Notes: generated from the sequence alone by a model not told the origin. A stretch of DNA of 64,000 nt from Trichosphaerium sp. ATCC 40318 (GCA_038496445.1 JALMLS010000573.1:62001-126000); one strand, 5' to 3'; shown: positions 12,608 to 25,130, numbered from the stretch's first letter. Program-made: numbers and translations.

Positions 12608-15600
12608 CTATGGGTCCCAAACAGCAATAGAACGACCACTCAATGTAGCATAGACCCTGCCTATGTGCCTTGGATCTACGCCAATTCCGTTCAAGAAAGC
12701 CAAGTGAAAAGTGTCGTTAGTCAATCGTTGCCAAGTCTCTCCAACATTCGGAGAATAGTAAACGCTAAATCCTTCTGTATCTTCAGGTCCTAGTCTTCGT
12801 AAAAAACAACACCTTGTCTTTACTCTAATTGCTTACCTTTAGCCCATAGAGCTACACGACCGTCATAGGCGGATATAGTAGCAACTTCAATACCTCCAGG
12901 TTTACCTGAACACTTGTAAGAATTGTTGTACGAAAGACAAAGAAAACACGTGCCAAATAATTCTTCAACTGAGAAATTACCAACTTGTTTCCTGCACTAT
13001 TCATCAGTATTGTAACATCACCTGTGATTCAGACGCACCAATTATATCCTCCATCTGTAGAGTGCCATAAAGCTTTTCCTCTATTTTGAGTACCGTTTGT
13101 GAACATCAAAGCCCAAAGATGACCAGATCTCGCCTGATCAGAAGCAAGAGCACCGTACACTGAAGGAAAAGCAGAATGCCAATCCTTCATGTGTGTGAAA
13201 GTATCTCCTCCATCATTCGATGTCCATAAACCCGAACCAAAACCCATAACATAATACTTTAGGTCAACAGTAGCATCTACAAATCGACTTAAGTTGGTAA
13301 TAAGTAACTTAATACAAAAAAAAGTGTTGTTGCGCTATGATGTCTACTTTGTGACACTGATGTAAAAGAAGCGATAAAATGAATTGCTTCAAATAGCGAG
13401 AACGAGAATTTGAAGCATGCTAATGGATAACAGTTTTCCCAAAACGGGACATGTTAAGTCGTTCGTACCTCTTGTCATTAAGTGCTTCTCTACGTATTGG
13501 TTCCCTTGGAAAGTTTCCCATAACATTGTAGCAACACGCTTCCATGTTATTCCACCATCTTTTGTTCTCCAAAAGCCACCTTTATCTTTTACAAGATAAT
13601 CGTTTGGATTTGTTAAAGAACCAACACAATCAATAAAATTAAAACCCGTCATTGTTTTGTTTATTGGTTCCTCCTGCTGAAACAGACGTGTCCATGTTTT
13701 TCCAGAATCATGTGTTGTTGCTATCCATCCCTGTCCACCTCTTTGGTTACCTAATACAACCCATGTGTCTCCCCAAAACATTGCACGATGAGCTTCACCC
13801 AAACTGAAAGAGTGTTGTTATTTTCAATGAATAGGTTTGGATCGTACTGGACTGTAGGATTGGTTAATACGCCTCTCATATTAATAATTATTTCCTCTAG
13901 AGTTCCGAAAAACCCTGCAAGGTCCATTGAACCGAAATAAGCGAGGTCACGATCAGGATGAAAATCAACTGTGAACATAACAACCTAACCTAGTAAACTA
14001 ACAAGAAGGTATCATTGTTTTCTTCTCATCTTTTACTTACCTCTCCAACACCTTTAGCTATAAATTGCCAAGTATTTCCGTTATCTCTACTCTCCATAGG
14101 ACCGTCTCCAGTTCCGGTTATCCAATGATTTTCGTCTTTAGGATCTTGAACCTATAAATAGAATAATTACACTGCGCAAGAATAAACAACGTACAAATGC
14201 AGCACGACCGTATGGTAGCCCAGTGGTATTTGGGGCTCTCCATATTGGCATCTTTCCTGTAGCTTGCATAGCAGAATAAGTGTATGTCTCTCCCTTATCA
14301 TTAGATATACCAAGTGATCCAAGCCTGAAAAAAATCAGAAACAACATCATCTCAGCTACGAAGCAAACTGTATTGCACTCGTACCCTGTAGCTGTAGCAT
14401 AGACTAAAGATCCGTTCTTAAGAATATGAATTAAATCAGGTTCGCCATCACGTTGTAAGAACTTATGCGTCAATTCTTCAAATACATACGTCGCTAAACT
14501 GATGAGTGAAAGGCGTCAACTAAAAAACGAAAAGAGCTTCACACATTTTCACCTGACGGCTTGAGCTGTTAAGTGCTCAAAATACTTGGTTAGGCACGTA
14601 CAAGTATCTACCCAGTTTGATGATGTTACTCTGTAATAAACACCTTTTGTATACTTACTACCTTGATTTTCATTTCCGATAAAAAAAGTAGTTCCATCGT
14701 TCATTCGTACAACTCTTCTTACACTAACGAGTGTGCCCTTACCAGTATTAACAGTTTCCCATGTTTTACCATAGTCAAGGGATAGATAAAGGCCAGAACC
14801 ATAACCACCAACCCAGACTTGTCCAGCGAACTTTGGATTTTCATGGATATGTATAGTTCCAACAGCCGTGATATTGTTAAACACCTTTGGCGCTACAGCC
14901 ACCCAAGTTTCTCCAGCGTCTTCAGTCATAAATAGACCCTGCCTTGCACCAGCCCAAACTTTATTGTTATCAGCTGGATCTATAACAATGCATTCGCCAC
15001 CAATGCGAAGAGCATCATTGCCTGGAAACAAGTCAGATTAAACAATTGCGGAGTATCCAAAAACCCGCCTGCGAAATTAACGTGTAGAACGCGCTTGTAT
15101 GTCTTTCCTCCATCAACAGTCTTCCATACACCTTGCCCTGGGTCTTTTGGATAAGGTTCTTGGCCAAGCGCTAAATACACCTCAAAAAAAACCGTTAACT
15201 GCTTTGCCAGGTTGAACTTATTCTTCAAAACTCACTGTATTGACATCCTTTGGGTCTATTGCAATGCCTTGCGTTGACCAAGAGCTTGGATACGCAAAAG
15301 AAGAAGATATCCAGTTCCAATTTTGGCCCATGTCATCAGATCTATAAGCACCGCCTTGGAGAAAATTAATCACGTGACAAAAAAAAAAATTTCATTATAT
15401 TTTGACCCAACATAAAACCCCACGTGAACCTTCGATAAGGTAGTACTTATTGCGATTCAACCACGTGGTAATTATTTTCGATAGTAGTGTCGGTTTGAGG
15501 ATCAGAAAAGTAAATAGAAAGCTCCAGTAACAGTATAACGTACCAACATCTGTTCTACCGTACAATATACCACTTGGGTGTACAGCAACACCTGTGAAGT

Positions 15601-15734
15601 ATCCTCCGCCTGAGAAGTTCATCCATTTCCACTCGCTTTGAACATACGGGATGAAAAGCACTATTGACACGAAAATAACAGCTAGAACATCGTTACTTGC
15701 TTGCTAGTCACAACTTAGTACCTTGAAAGTGCAT
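12608..15734 (-). CDS. Secreted GH74 xyloglucanase-like BNR/Asp-box beta-propeller protein
   Basis: Signal peptide, then WKWMNFSGGGYFTGVAVHPSGILYGRTDVGGAYRSDD; many SxDGGxTW boxes; ends DPRHIGRVYATLSGRSIAVWDP*. Confidence 0.8.
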
Positions 15735-15871
15735 CTTATTATACTTGTATCGACAGTACCCTTTGAACACCTTTGTAAACTTGTTTGTAATGTTAAGTTT
15801 ATTGTAGTTACACGTGCATTGACTTAATATAGTGTCGCAAAATGATAGGAAAGTGAAGAACTTATTCACTA

Positions 15872-16384
15872 TCGAGTTGTTCTGAATATTGATACTTGGT
15901 TGTTCTAGTTAACCTCACATTTATAAGGACCCTTTTGAGTCTTATGGACTGGAGTCACTAAACTGAACTTCACTTAAAAACGGGCTGAGGCAGCTTTGCT
16001 CTATGTATTGATCACGCCAAAAAGTTAAGAGTGTTAAGAAGTCATGACTGACTCCACTCGCTTTAGCATCCAAAATGACATATTCCTTCAGCTATCACCT
16101 TTCTCTTTAGGAACGATACCTGTTATCTATGTAACATCTAAACTCAGTGCTATTAATACTGTAGAAAGTACTTATAGAACGTACAAGGGCTTTATTAACA
16201 TAAAGTATGTTGCTAGGTGATTGCAACCACAAAACCAAAGTATCATTCTGTAAACATAAAGTTTTCAACTTTCACGTGATCAACGAACGTGATTATTGAT
16301 TCCATCAACGAATGTGTGCTTGCAGTGTTCAACACAGTGGGCTCGATTTAGGTAGAAGCAGCATTACCGAATTTAAAAGTTGTG
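15872..16384. repeat. Dispersed repeat A, copy 1 (inverted copy at 50419-50929)
   Basis: High similarity to the reverse complement of 50419-50929 except for a non-matching central segment. Confidence 0.9.
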
Positions 16385-17573
16385 AACAGGCAGAAAAAAA
16401 TTGTAAAACGTTCGAAAAAGTTTACAACCAAATAATAGCGAAATACCTCGCACACCAACAAAGGTATTATCATAACACCAGAATTGTAAGGAGAACAAAA
16501 ATGTTATTATTTAATAACGAGAACCAGTATACTGTTCATATCTTTTCGCCACATGAGGAGCCATAGACTTTATTATAATTCTCACAATTTTAGGGTATTA
16601 CACAAGCACTTTCGCACAATGGTGCGTAGCAGTGGCTATTGGACTGGTTTTATTTGCGTTTAACACTTGGTTTTTATACCGAGGCTGTGGTATGCGTATA
16701 AACATAAATAAAGCCGTCAGTGAAACAAGCTAATGCCTGAATGAAGAAATACCTCAGTTGGAGTACATCTCTGGAACACAACCTCATAGGAGTCTCAGTA
16801 CTTACCACCGACTGCAGTGTTAAAGACAGAGTAGCTACTGGCGCAGTTGTTGGATGATAATTAAGACAGTATTCCATATTAACTCAAACAGTTCTGAACT
16901 CGAGGCTATTGAGATAGAGATCAGTACATCATAGTCTGAATCTCCCATTTTTATTGTCACAGATTCTTTTAATTCAAAAAATTACAGATGATTTTTTTTT
17001 GAGTCGACTCCGTGTTCTCAAAAAAAGTCGAGTTGAGTTGAGTCGGACCGTTAACAGTACTAATTGTTGTATCTCATCATATCATATTGTTTGCTTTCAG
17101 AGTCACCTTTTTGCGTTTGTTTTCATAGGCAACCTAAAGCATGTAACTTTCTTAGAAGAAAGAGAATTAATTGTCCTAACCCTTATTGTTCGCTATGCCA
17201 AGGGTCAGCTGAGAACAATTGTCAAAGGTCAACAACAATCCCTTTGTTTCTAACTCTTTCCAATTACTGTATAGAGTTAGGGCGTCTCTTTATTCAAAGT
17301 TACAAGCAAGTACAAGTATAGACTATTCTTATAGAAGACGACATCTGTGTGGACACGCTGATTGAGCAAAAAAGGCTTGGCAAGGTAGTAAACCAGTTTA
17401 TTTAAGAATATGGATTTCTGGGTGATTCTTCTCAGGAACAGGCATTCAAAGAGGCTCAAAGTTGGATTACAGATGAACTGTTGGGCATATACCAACATAT
17501 TGGGTCGGTGTAAAGCATCAGTGAAAGTCGGCTCAGCACTTTTTTTTTCAACGCGTTTCAATGAAAACCAAGC

Positions 17574-18070
17574 AGCGAAAATATTTTATTGCAGTTTTAT
17601 ATGCACATATACATGTCGCATTAGTGTGCAAAGAATCAGGTCAAAAATCGATTTTTCAAGCCAGATATTATGACTTCTTTCTGGTTTTTTTGAGCCAAAA
17701 ACGGGGAAGGTACATTCAGTTTCAAATACAAAATACGCGCATTGACATGTACATCTGTTGTGGAAAAAATTAGAACTGAACTGGACCGTGTTTGCCATAA
17801 ATGTTACAATTCTTATTTTTTTCTGTATTTTCTGCCGCGAGATAAAACGCACGTGTTTCATAAAACTTGAGCGAAATAATATTTTTGGTACGGTTATATG
17901 TGCACATACATGTTGGATTTGTGTGTAAAGAATCAGAGTCGAAGTTGGATTGGTAAGCCAGAAATTATGACTTCTTTCTGGTTTTTTTGAGCAATAACAA
18001 TCTCATGTTTATTTCAGCAAGTAAAAAGACTCAACCGATGTCTTAGTGTATTGTGGAAAAAAATTGGGCT
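17574..18070. repeat. Diverged ~296-bp tandem duplication; related partial inverted copy at ~47775-47900
   Basis: agcgaaa..atgcacata..tgcaaagaatcag..ttatgacttctttctggtttttttgagc occurs at ~17574 and ~17870. Confidence 0.8.
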
Positions 18071-19018
18071 TAAATTTATGGATGAATATGTAATTATTTC
18101 TGGAGTTTGAATTCGTGAGACCGAAGCTCAACATTGAACTCAACAGAAGACGCATTAACTCAATTAACTATGGCTAATATCAACAACACCCACAAACCCC
18201 CTATCCAAATTCAATCAAACCTAATGTTACTAAACCGCCAAACCTTGCCGCCAGAGCAAGGTTGTGTTTAGTGATCAGTGTGTAATAATAGGGACACACT
18301 CAAGGGATATTGGTCAGCAATCAAAGTATTACGGCACCTCGAGTGCCAAGTGATTGAAAACTATGGTGGTAGAATAATAACACCCATAACCACCCTAGCC
18401 AAATTCAATCAAACTCAAACATGACTAACCCTTGAAAACTTCAAAACTTTTTCTTATTCTACTTTTCACTTTTTTTTTTTTTCAAATTCACATCTTGAAT
18501 GTAATGTAATTCGCACAAGTGCGCTGTAGTGTTTTTTATATACAAATATACACGATATCAGTGCTATAGATAGCCACTAAGACGTTGTCTTTCCTCCCAA
18601 ACAATCGCGTATTAGTTGTCTAGCTGGCGTTTGAGGAACTTTGCTGACCAACCAAATTTAAGGATTATCATAGCATGACAAGCACAGAAACATTGATGGC
18701 AAGCAACGATCACCCCCTTCCCCGCCCAATCAAAGGCGAAACTTTTTGATCCTAAAACTGAATTTATTTGAAAAACAAATTTGAGGATCCCTTTTCCTGC
18801 ATAAATACCACTTGTAAATGTATGTTCAAGAGATAAACACTTACTCGTGTGTTGCGTTAGAGCCACCGAGACGTTAGGCTTCCTCCAAACCGGTCCTGTT
18901 CTCTCTGTTGTTCACACAAAAGCCTTTTCATCTAACAACGGGTATTCTAATGCAAGTATCATAAATTACAAATTCTTATTGGTCTGGTGGCACCAATAAA
19001 ATATCAACAATACATACA

Positions 19019-19270
19019 ATGGGCATCTTGTTATTTATCTACAACATACACCTCTTACCTTCCAAAGTTGAACAAATTACAATTGAACGTTGCACTTATA
19101 AGTATCCTTTATCTTCAGTGCAAGGTGTATGGTATCGCGATTATGGTGCCATGGATGTTTCTATAAAGAGATTAAAAATGCAGGATACTCAAGAATACTA
19201 CAAGAAGTTCACACATGAAACTCAACAACTTTGTAAGAATTTGTTATTGGCCATTTATGAGGAAAACTAA
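19019..19270 (+). pseudogene. Protein kinase (TKL-like) N-lobe fragment
   Basis: VQGVWYRDYGAMDVSIKRLK..KKFTHETQQL resembles subdomains I-III; no Gly-rich loop and no downstream subdomains. Confidence 0.45.
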
Positions 19271-19322
19271 ACTGTGGTTGTTTATTGATAAATGTTGCTT
19301 GTTTACAACAGACGCATTAGAA

Positions 19323-22300
19323 TTACTTTGCTGTACTTTCAAGGAGAGCTATTTTTGCCAGAAGAATGGTATTCCTCTCCTTTAGGCTAGTGTTGTCTCG
19401 CATTAGATCTTGGACGCTTTCCTTGAGATTGATAATGGTTTTCTGTGAATTCTGATGAAGTTCAGCCAGGCTCTTCTGTAATTTCTCTACCTTGCTGTTT
19501 GATTCTTGTAATTCTAGTTCGAGATTGACATAATTATAACTTGACTGTTCATCATCAGTTGAATCATCATGGGCAGCCCACAGTTTTCTAGTACAAAACT
19601 TAAGTTTAAAAGAAAAGAGATATAAAATTATACCGGTTAGAAATAAAAGTGTCGTCAGAATCAGATAGTTCATCAGATAGCTCGCCAGCTGAACCATCAA
19701 TATCTACCTTTGAAGCTTGATCTTCAGTTTGTTCATTATCGCCTTTCTCTTTCTTTGTCTTTTTATCAACTTTCTTGGCTTTTGAAGTTCTACGTTTTTT
19801 TGTACGTTTTTTACGTTCAACTTTGATGATGTACCGAGCAACAGCTTGAGTATCTAAAATAGTGTTTGTTTTTTCAATTGTATTGCTGAGTGTACCTTGT
19901 GCCACTACCAGCTCATCGTATACTGCATCTTCAAGTTTATCTGGTGGCAGAAGTTTACCAGCGCGGTCTACCAATGCATAGTGACTTTGATAGCCTGGTT
20001 TTATTGGCCTTCCGTGCAAGCTTTCATTCAAGGTTTTGGTACCATCAGTCTCATATACAAGGGGATCATGCTTTTTATCAAGTAAGTAAAGAATATCTAC
20101 ATCAATATTATTGTTTGCTTACTGGATAAACGTTCCCAGGAGTAACAAGACTTAAAACCAGTGTTTTAAAAGTTCTTCCTTTTAAATCATATGAAGTAGC
20201 ATACCGTATGCTTCTCTATTGCCGAAAATGAATATTGACCACCTGCAAAAATTGGGTAATAACGTACAGTGAAGTATATCCCTTGACCATAGTATCCAGC
20301 ATCTAAAGAACTCACAGTTCCAAAACCAGCCTTTACAATACTGTAAGCTGCTTCTTCGCTTGTTCCATGGACCATCAATATCACTGGTAACTAAATAAAA
20401 TGTTTGTAGTGCACGAGAACCAAGAACATTACCTTATCTTTTTTTTCAGTATAACAATCATTAAAAGTAGTGAAGGCATTGCACTTTTGGTACAGTCTCT
20501 TTGTATGCCTTGTAGATACTTTCTTTCCAATTTTTTTGTTTAAACAACTTGGGCAGTTCTCTAGTAGGTGCATGTTTAGAATCACAAAAATGCCTATGAA
20601 GTGTGGAGCAACCGTACTGATGTCTGTGTGTCAGTATTTCGTTGATTCGACCAAAGTTTTCTGTCAAGATGTCATTATAAACGAGAGTCGCTTCAACGAT
20701 ATTGTATTTGTCATAGCCGTGTAGCTTTGACATCTCCTGTTTGAGGATGTTGAATTCTCTGACAGCCACTTTGTCGTTTTCATCGAGGAGATTCAGTGTT
20801 TTGTAGTGTGTCGCCTTTGCAACAATGCCTCTTTTTATAATATAAGTATTAATAAAAACTAATTGAACGCACGTGTTAGAGCTATTCCAATTATTTGCAA
20901 AATACAATCGCGGATTTAAACTCCATGCGTTTTCACCTTTTAATCCTTTTGAAAACTTTTTTTAGTATTATATCACCACATGCTTCTTACCTTCAGTACA
21001 CTCTTCTTTTAAGGAATCATCTTGACTGTTATTAACCCAAGCATCATTGGGCATATCATGCAGAATACCTCGCATTAATTGCCCATCTTGTTTCCAGAAT
21101 TCCTGTAGAAAAAGAAAGTTGTTTGTAGTGTATACGTTAACAGTGAAGATATCGTACTGGAGACAATACAACTTTGGGATCGCATGCAGAACAAATTAAA
21201 TGACAAATGCCTTTTTCCATTGCCAGTTTGAAATAATACCATGTTGGCTAAACGTTGTATGGTTAATTTAAGGTATTGGTATTCAATAAAGTGTACCAAA
21301 CGGTGAAGCCATTCTTCAAACTCTTTTCTCTCCTCTACGTTGACATTTTGTGAATAGTGCTTTTTACAGTATCTCCACAGTGGATGGCATTGTTTACCAC
21401 TTGGACAGTATTTTAAGAAAGTTATGAATTTTTCAACAGCTGAGGGTGTATTTGATACCACTTCTCTAATTAAAATGAGCATAAAGTATTGCCACTTTCT
21501 TTGGCACGGAGTTACTACTTACAGTGTTAGCTATTATTTCACCAAATTTTTTTGAAATGTGCCCAATACCTGAATCCTTGTTGGTTTTACTTTCATCAAT
21601 AGTATCAATATTATTTGCGTTTGGTTTGATTAAATTCAACATTAGCATTGATATTTTGTCAAAAACTCAAATGATAGTAAATAAACACAGTTTTTATCTC
21701 ATTTGTAATATTACCTGTGTAAATCAAAGCTGTGTTTCCATATTTATCAACAACTTCAATATTGGCGTTGGCATTGAGTAATGTTGATACAACTTCATTG
21801 TGTCCATGTTGTACTAAATAGTAGAGTGAGATATGTACATGTTGTGTATCTCATCATATCATGTTACCTGCATATATTAAAGCTGTCTTTCCATCTTCAT
21901 CAACAACATCAATATTGGCGTTGGCGTTTAGTAAGGTTGATACAACTTTATTGTGTCCTTTTTGTGCTAAATAGTAGAGTGAGATATGTACATGTTGTAT
22001 CTCATCATATCATGTTACCTGCACATATCAAAGCTGTCTTTCCATCTTCATCAACAGCATCAATATTGGCGTTGGCGTTGAGTAAGATTGATACAACTTC
22101 ATTGTGCCCTTCTTGTGCTAAATAGTAGAATGAGATATGTACATGTTGTATCTCATCATATCATGTTACCTGCATATATTAAAGCTGTCTTTCCACCTTT
22201 ATCAACAGCATCAACATTAGCGTTGGCGTTGAGTAAGATTGATACAACTTCATTGTGCCCATGCCATGCTAAATAGTAGAGTGAAATATGTACATGCTGT

Positions 22301-23475
22301 ATCTCATCATATCATGTTACCTGCCCATATTAAAGTTGTACTTCCATGTAAAGTAACAGCATCAACATTAGCATTGGCATTAAGTAAGGTTGATACAACT
22401 TCATTGTGCCCATTCCATGCTAAATAGTAGAGTGAGATATGTACATGCTGTATTTCATCATATCATGTTACCTGCATATATTAAAGCTGCCCTTCCATAT
22501 GTATCAACAGAATGAACATTAGCATTGGCATTGAGTAAGGTTGATACAACTTCATTGTGTCCTTCCCATGCTAAATAGTAGAATGAGATATGTACATGTT
22601 GTATCTCATCATATCATGTTACCTGCATACATTAAAGCTGTCATTCCACTATATTTATCAACAGAATCAACATTAGCATTGGCGTTGAGTAAGATTGATA
22701 CAACTTCATTGTGTCCTTTCCATGCTAAATAGTAGAGTGAGATATGAACATGTTGTATCTCATCATATCATGTTACCTGCCCGTATTAAAGCTGTCATTC
22801 CACTATATCCATCAACAACATCAATATTAGCATTGGCGTTGGCGTTTAGTAAGGTTGATACAACTTCATTGTGTCCTTTTTGTGCTAAATAGCAGAGTGA
22901 GATATGTACATGTTGTATCTCATCATATCATGTTACCTGCATATATTAAAGCTGCCCTTCCATATGTATCAACAGAATGAACATTAGCATTGGCGTTGAG
23001 TAAGGTTGATACAACTTCATTGTGTCCTTCCCATGCTAAATAGTAGAATGAGATATGTACATGTTGTATCTCATCATATCATGTTACCTGCATACATTAA
23101 AGCTGTCTTTCCACCTGCATCAACAGAATCAACATTAGCATTGGCTTTGAGTAAGATTGATACAACTTCATTGTGTCCTTCCCATGCTAAATAGTAGAGT
23201 GAGATATACATGTACATGTTGTATCTCATCATATCATGTTACCTGCCCGTATTAAAGCTGTCATTCCATCGTTATCAATAGAATCAACATTAGCACTGGC
23301 ATTGATTAATGTTGAAACAACTTCATTGTAGCCATTTGTTGCTACACTTTGTCAACTTTTTGCTTAGTAAGCATTACAAACCTGCAAAAGAAAACACAAT
23401 ATCAATTATGGGGATGTTGTTGGTCGGTTCTTCCTGTTCTAAATGTTGGTTTTTGTCATTCTGCGATTCTGTCAT
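19323..23475 (-). CDS. Ankyrin-repeat (11 units) + helical linker + H-Y-E ADP-ribosyltransferase (PARP-like) + basic/acidic/coiled-coil tail; apparent frameshift at ~20490
   Basis: ATG at 23475; spliced AAxxGHNEVVSxLLNANANVDxxDxxGxTALIxA repeats; MVHGTSEEAAYSIVKAGF..AGYYGQGIYFT..RYATSY..VTPGNVYP..GYQSHYALV..YDELVV. Confidence 0.85.
21715..23341 (-). repeat. 151-bp exon+intron tandem array (99-nt ankyrin exon + 52-nt intron)
   Basis: Donor motif gttacctg at ~21863, 22014, 22165, 22316, 22467, 22618, 22772, 22932, 23083 and 23238. Confidence 0.95.
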
Positions 23476-24099
23476 GACGTGTTGTCACTCTTGAGGTTAT
23501 CACAACGCAGTATTAAGTCGGTGTTACTTTGATACATGAGATTTTTCAGTGAAGTGTTATTGTAATTTGTGCTGCGGTTCTGGTTTTGTGCGTTTTGTTT
23601 AACCACTTGGAGACCTTCAATCTGTTTATTTAAGTAAACTGAGTTACAACCTGGTGACAAAACAGGCCAGGTACCATCATTGAAACACAGGTTTTTCAAA
23701 TATTACACCAAATAGTAGCGATACCCCTCGCTCAACTTTGTTGCTCGAAAGTGCCGAATACTCTTTTGCGGGCTATTTTTTACCCCGTAGGCAAGCACAA
23801 AGGATATTATCATAATGCGTTATTGTAACCAGACAGAATTAGCATTAGAATAACGAGAACCGGACGCCAAAATACAAGAACGTGTTGTGCTGTCGTATCT
23901 TTTCGGTGTAAAAAATGTTGTTGTTTATTTATTCCAGGTGGTGCACTTTATTTTTGTTTTTCTATCATGTCATTCAAGTTTTACTAATATTCTAGAAAGT
24001 TAGTCCTAGTAAAAATTGACACTTCTGTCAAATGAAGGTGTAACAACGTCAAAACCGTCCCCAAGCACCACCAGTGTTGCTGTAGGCTTCGTAAACTTC

Positions 24100-25130
24100 A
24101 TCAAAACGGCTCAAAACAACTGGAAGGTTCTCCCAGACGCAAAAATATCGCTAGAGTGTTTACCAATATCAGGCCCTAACTTGGGTTATTTTGAGCGTAT
24201 TCAATCTAACAGCGCACTCACCTACAAAACAAGTCTATTTACATTTATTTAAAAACAACATTTGGAATCACGTGTTTTACCATACGGAAGAAAAGCGGAA
24301 ACAACTTGTTGCACAATTCCAAACAACCAATCCGAACTACAATACATCGTAGAACACCAATCAAACCTGAAGAGGTCATGAAATTCATAGGAACATTGTG
24401 GATTTTGGAGCAAAGAAGTCATCCACAGCAAACCAAATCCAAGTGGCTTGATGATCTATGTACATGCAATGTTCTCTGACAAGTATAGTAGGAAACCTTA
24501 CAGTACTTGGTATTGTTCCTCACTGGGGACCTGGTACTGGTGGGCCCGCTAGATGCTGCCAAAAAATTAATAATTAGATTGAGGAGTTTTACAAGTATCA
24601 ACATGGTGATGGATTCTAGATTTATGGAGTCACAATGTGATTTCACACCAGAAAAGATGTATGCATTATCGGAGAAGCAACAGCAACACACAACTATAGA
24701 CAAACCAACAACAAAATGTAACAAACTGACGAATTACATTGTATTGAAGATGCCTATAATACATAACAGAATTGACTGGTACACAAACCTGTCGGAGAAA
24801 TAGTTACAAAGTAGCGATTGGCCATGAGGGCTGTATTTATCGTAGGGGTAGAGCTGTTAGCAAAGGAAGAAAGTAAATCCGTGCTGGTTGGGTTTTTGAA
24901 CAGAAACTTCTCAAATACGTTGGCGAGTATTCTAAATGCATGGTTTGTGTTAACGTGTAGTTTTTAGTCTAAAAGCCATCATACCTTTTTATATTCCCCT
25001 TCAGCTCTGTGATGCTTTCTTTGGTTTGTGTAGCGTATACATGCGCACTTGATAAATACTATGGTCATTTTGCTTGAGTTACTTCGTTGCGTTGCAATTG
25101 CAACATTACTTGCACTTAAGGTACATAAGG
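24100..25130 (+). mobile_element. Decayed piggyBac-like (DDE_Tnp_1_7-type) transposase remnant
   Basis: Across frameshifts: SLFTF..NIWNHVFYHTEEKRKQL..TPIKPEEVMKFIGTLWILE..MVMDSRF..LDKYYG..TSLR..ITCTxGT, in piggyBac motif order; many stops. Confidence 0.5.

Noticed and set aside
15370-15400. Yeast-type point centromere (CDEI + AT-rich tract)
   Set aside because: The motif occurs at least 15 times, often inside genes, and no CDEIII-like element is seen
21715-23341. CRISPR-like array or plus-strand repeated small ORFs (MIQLHC..)
   Set aside because: The constant part is a GT-AG intron plus ankyrin framework on the minus strand; the plus-strand ORFs are antisense shadows
24500-24900. Gypsy integrase tail (GDLVLV) with polypurine tract and LTR start
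   Set aside because: No RT/integrase core or second LTR; the surrounding motifs fit a decayed piggyBac-like transposase better
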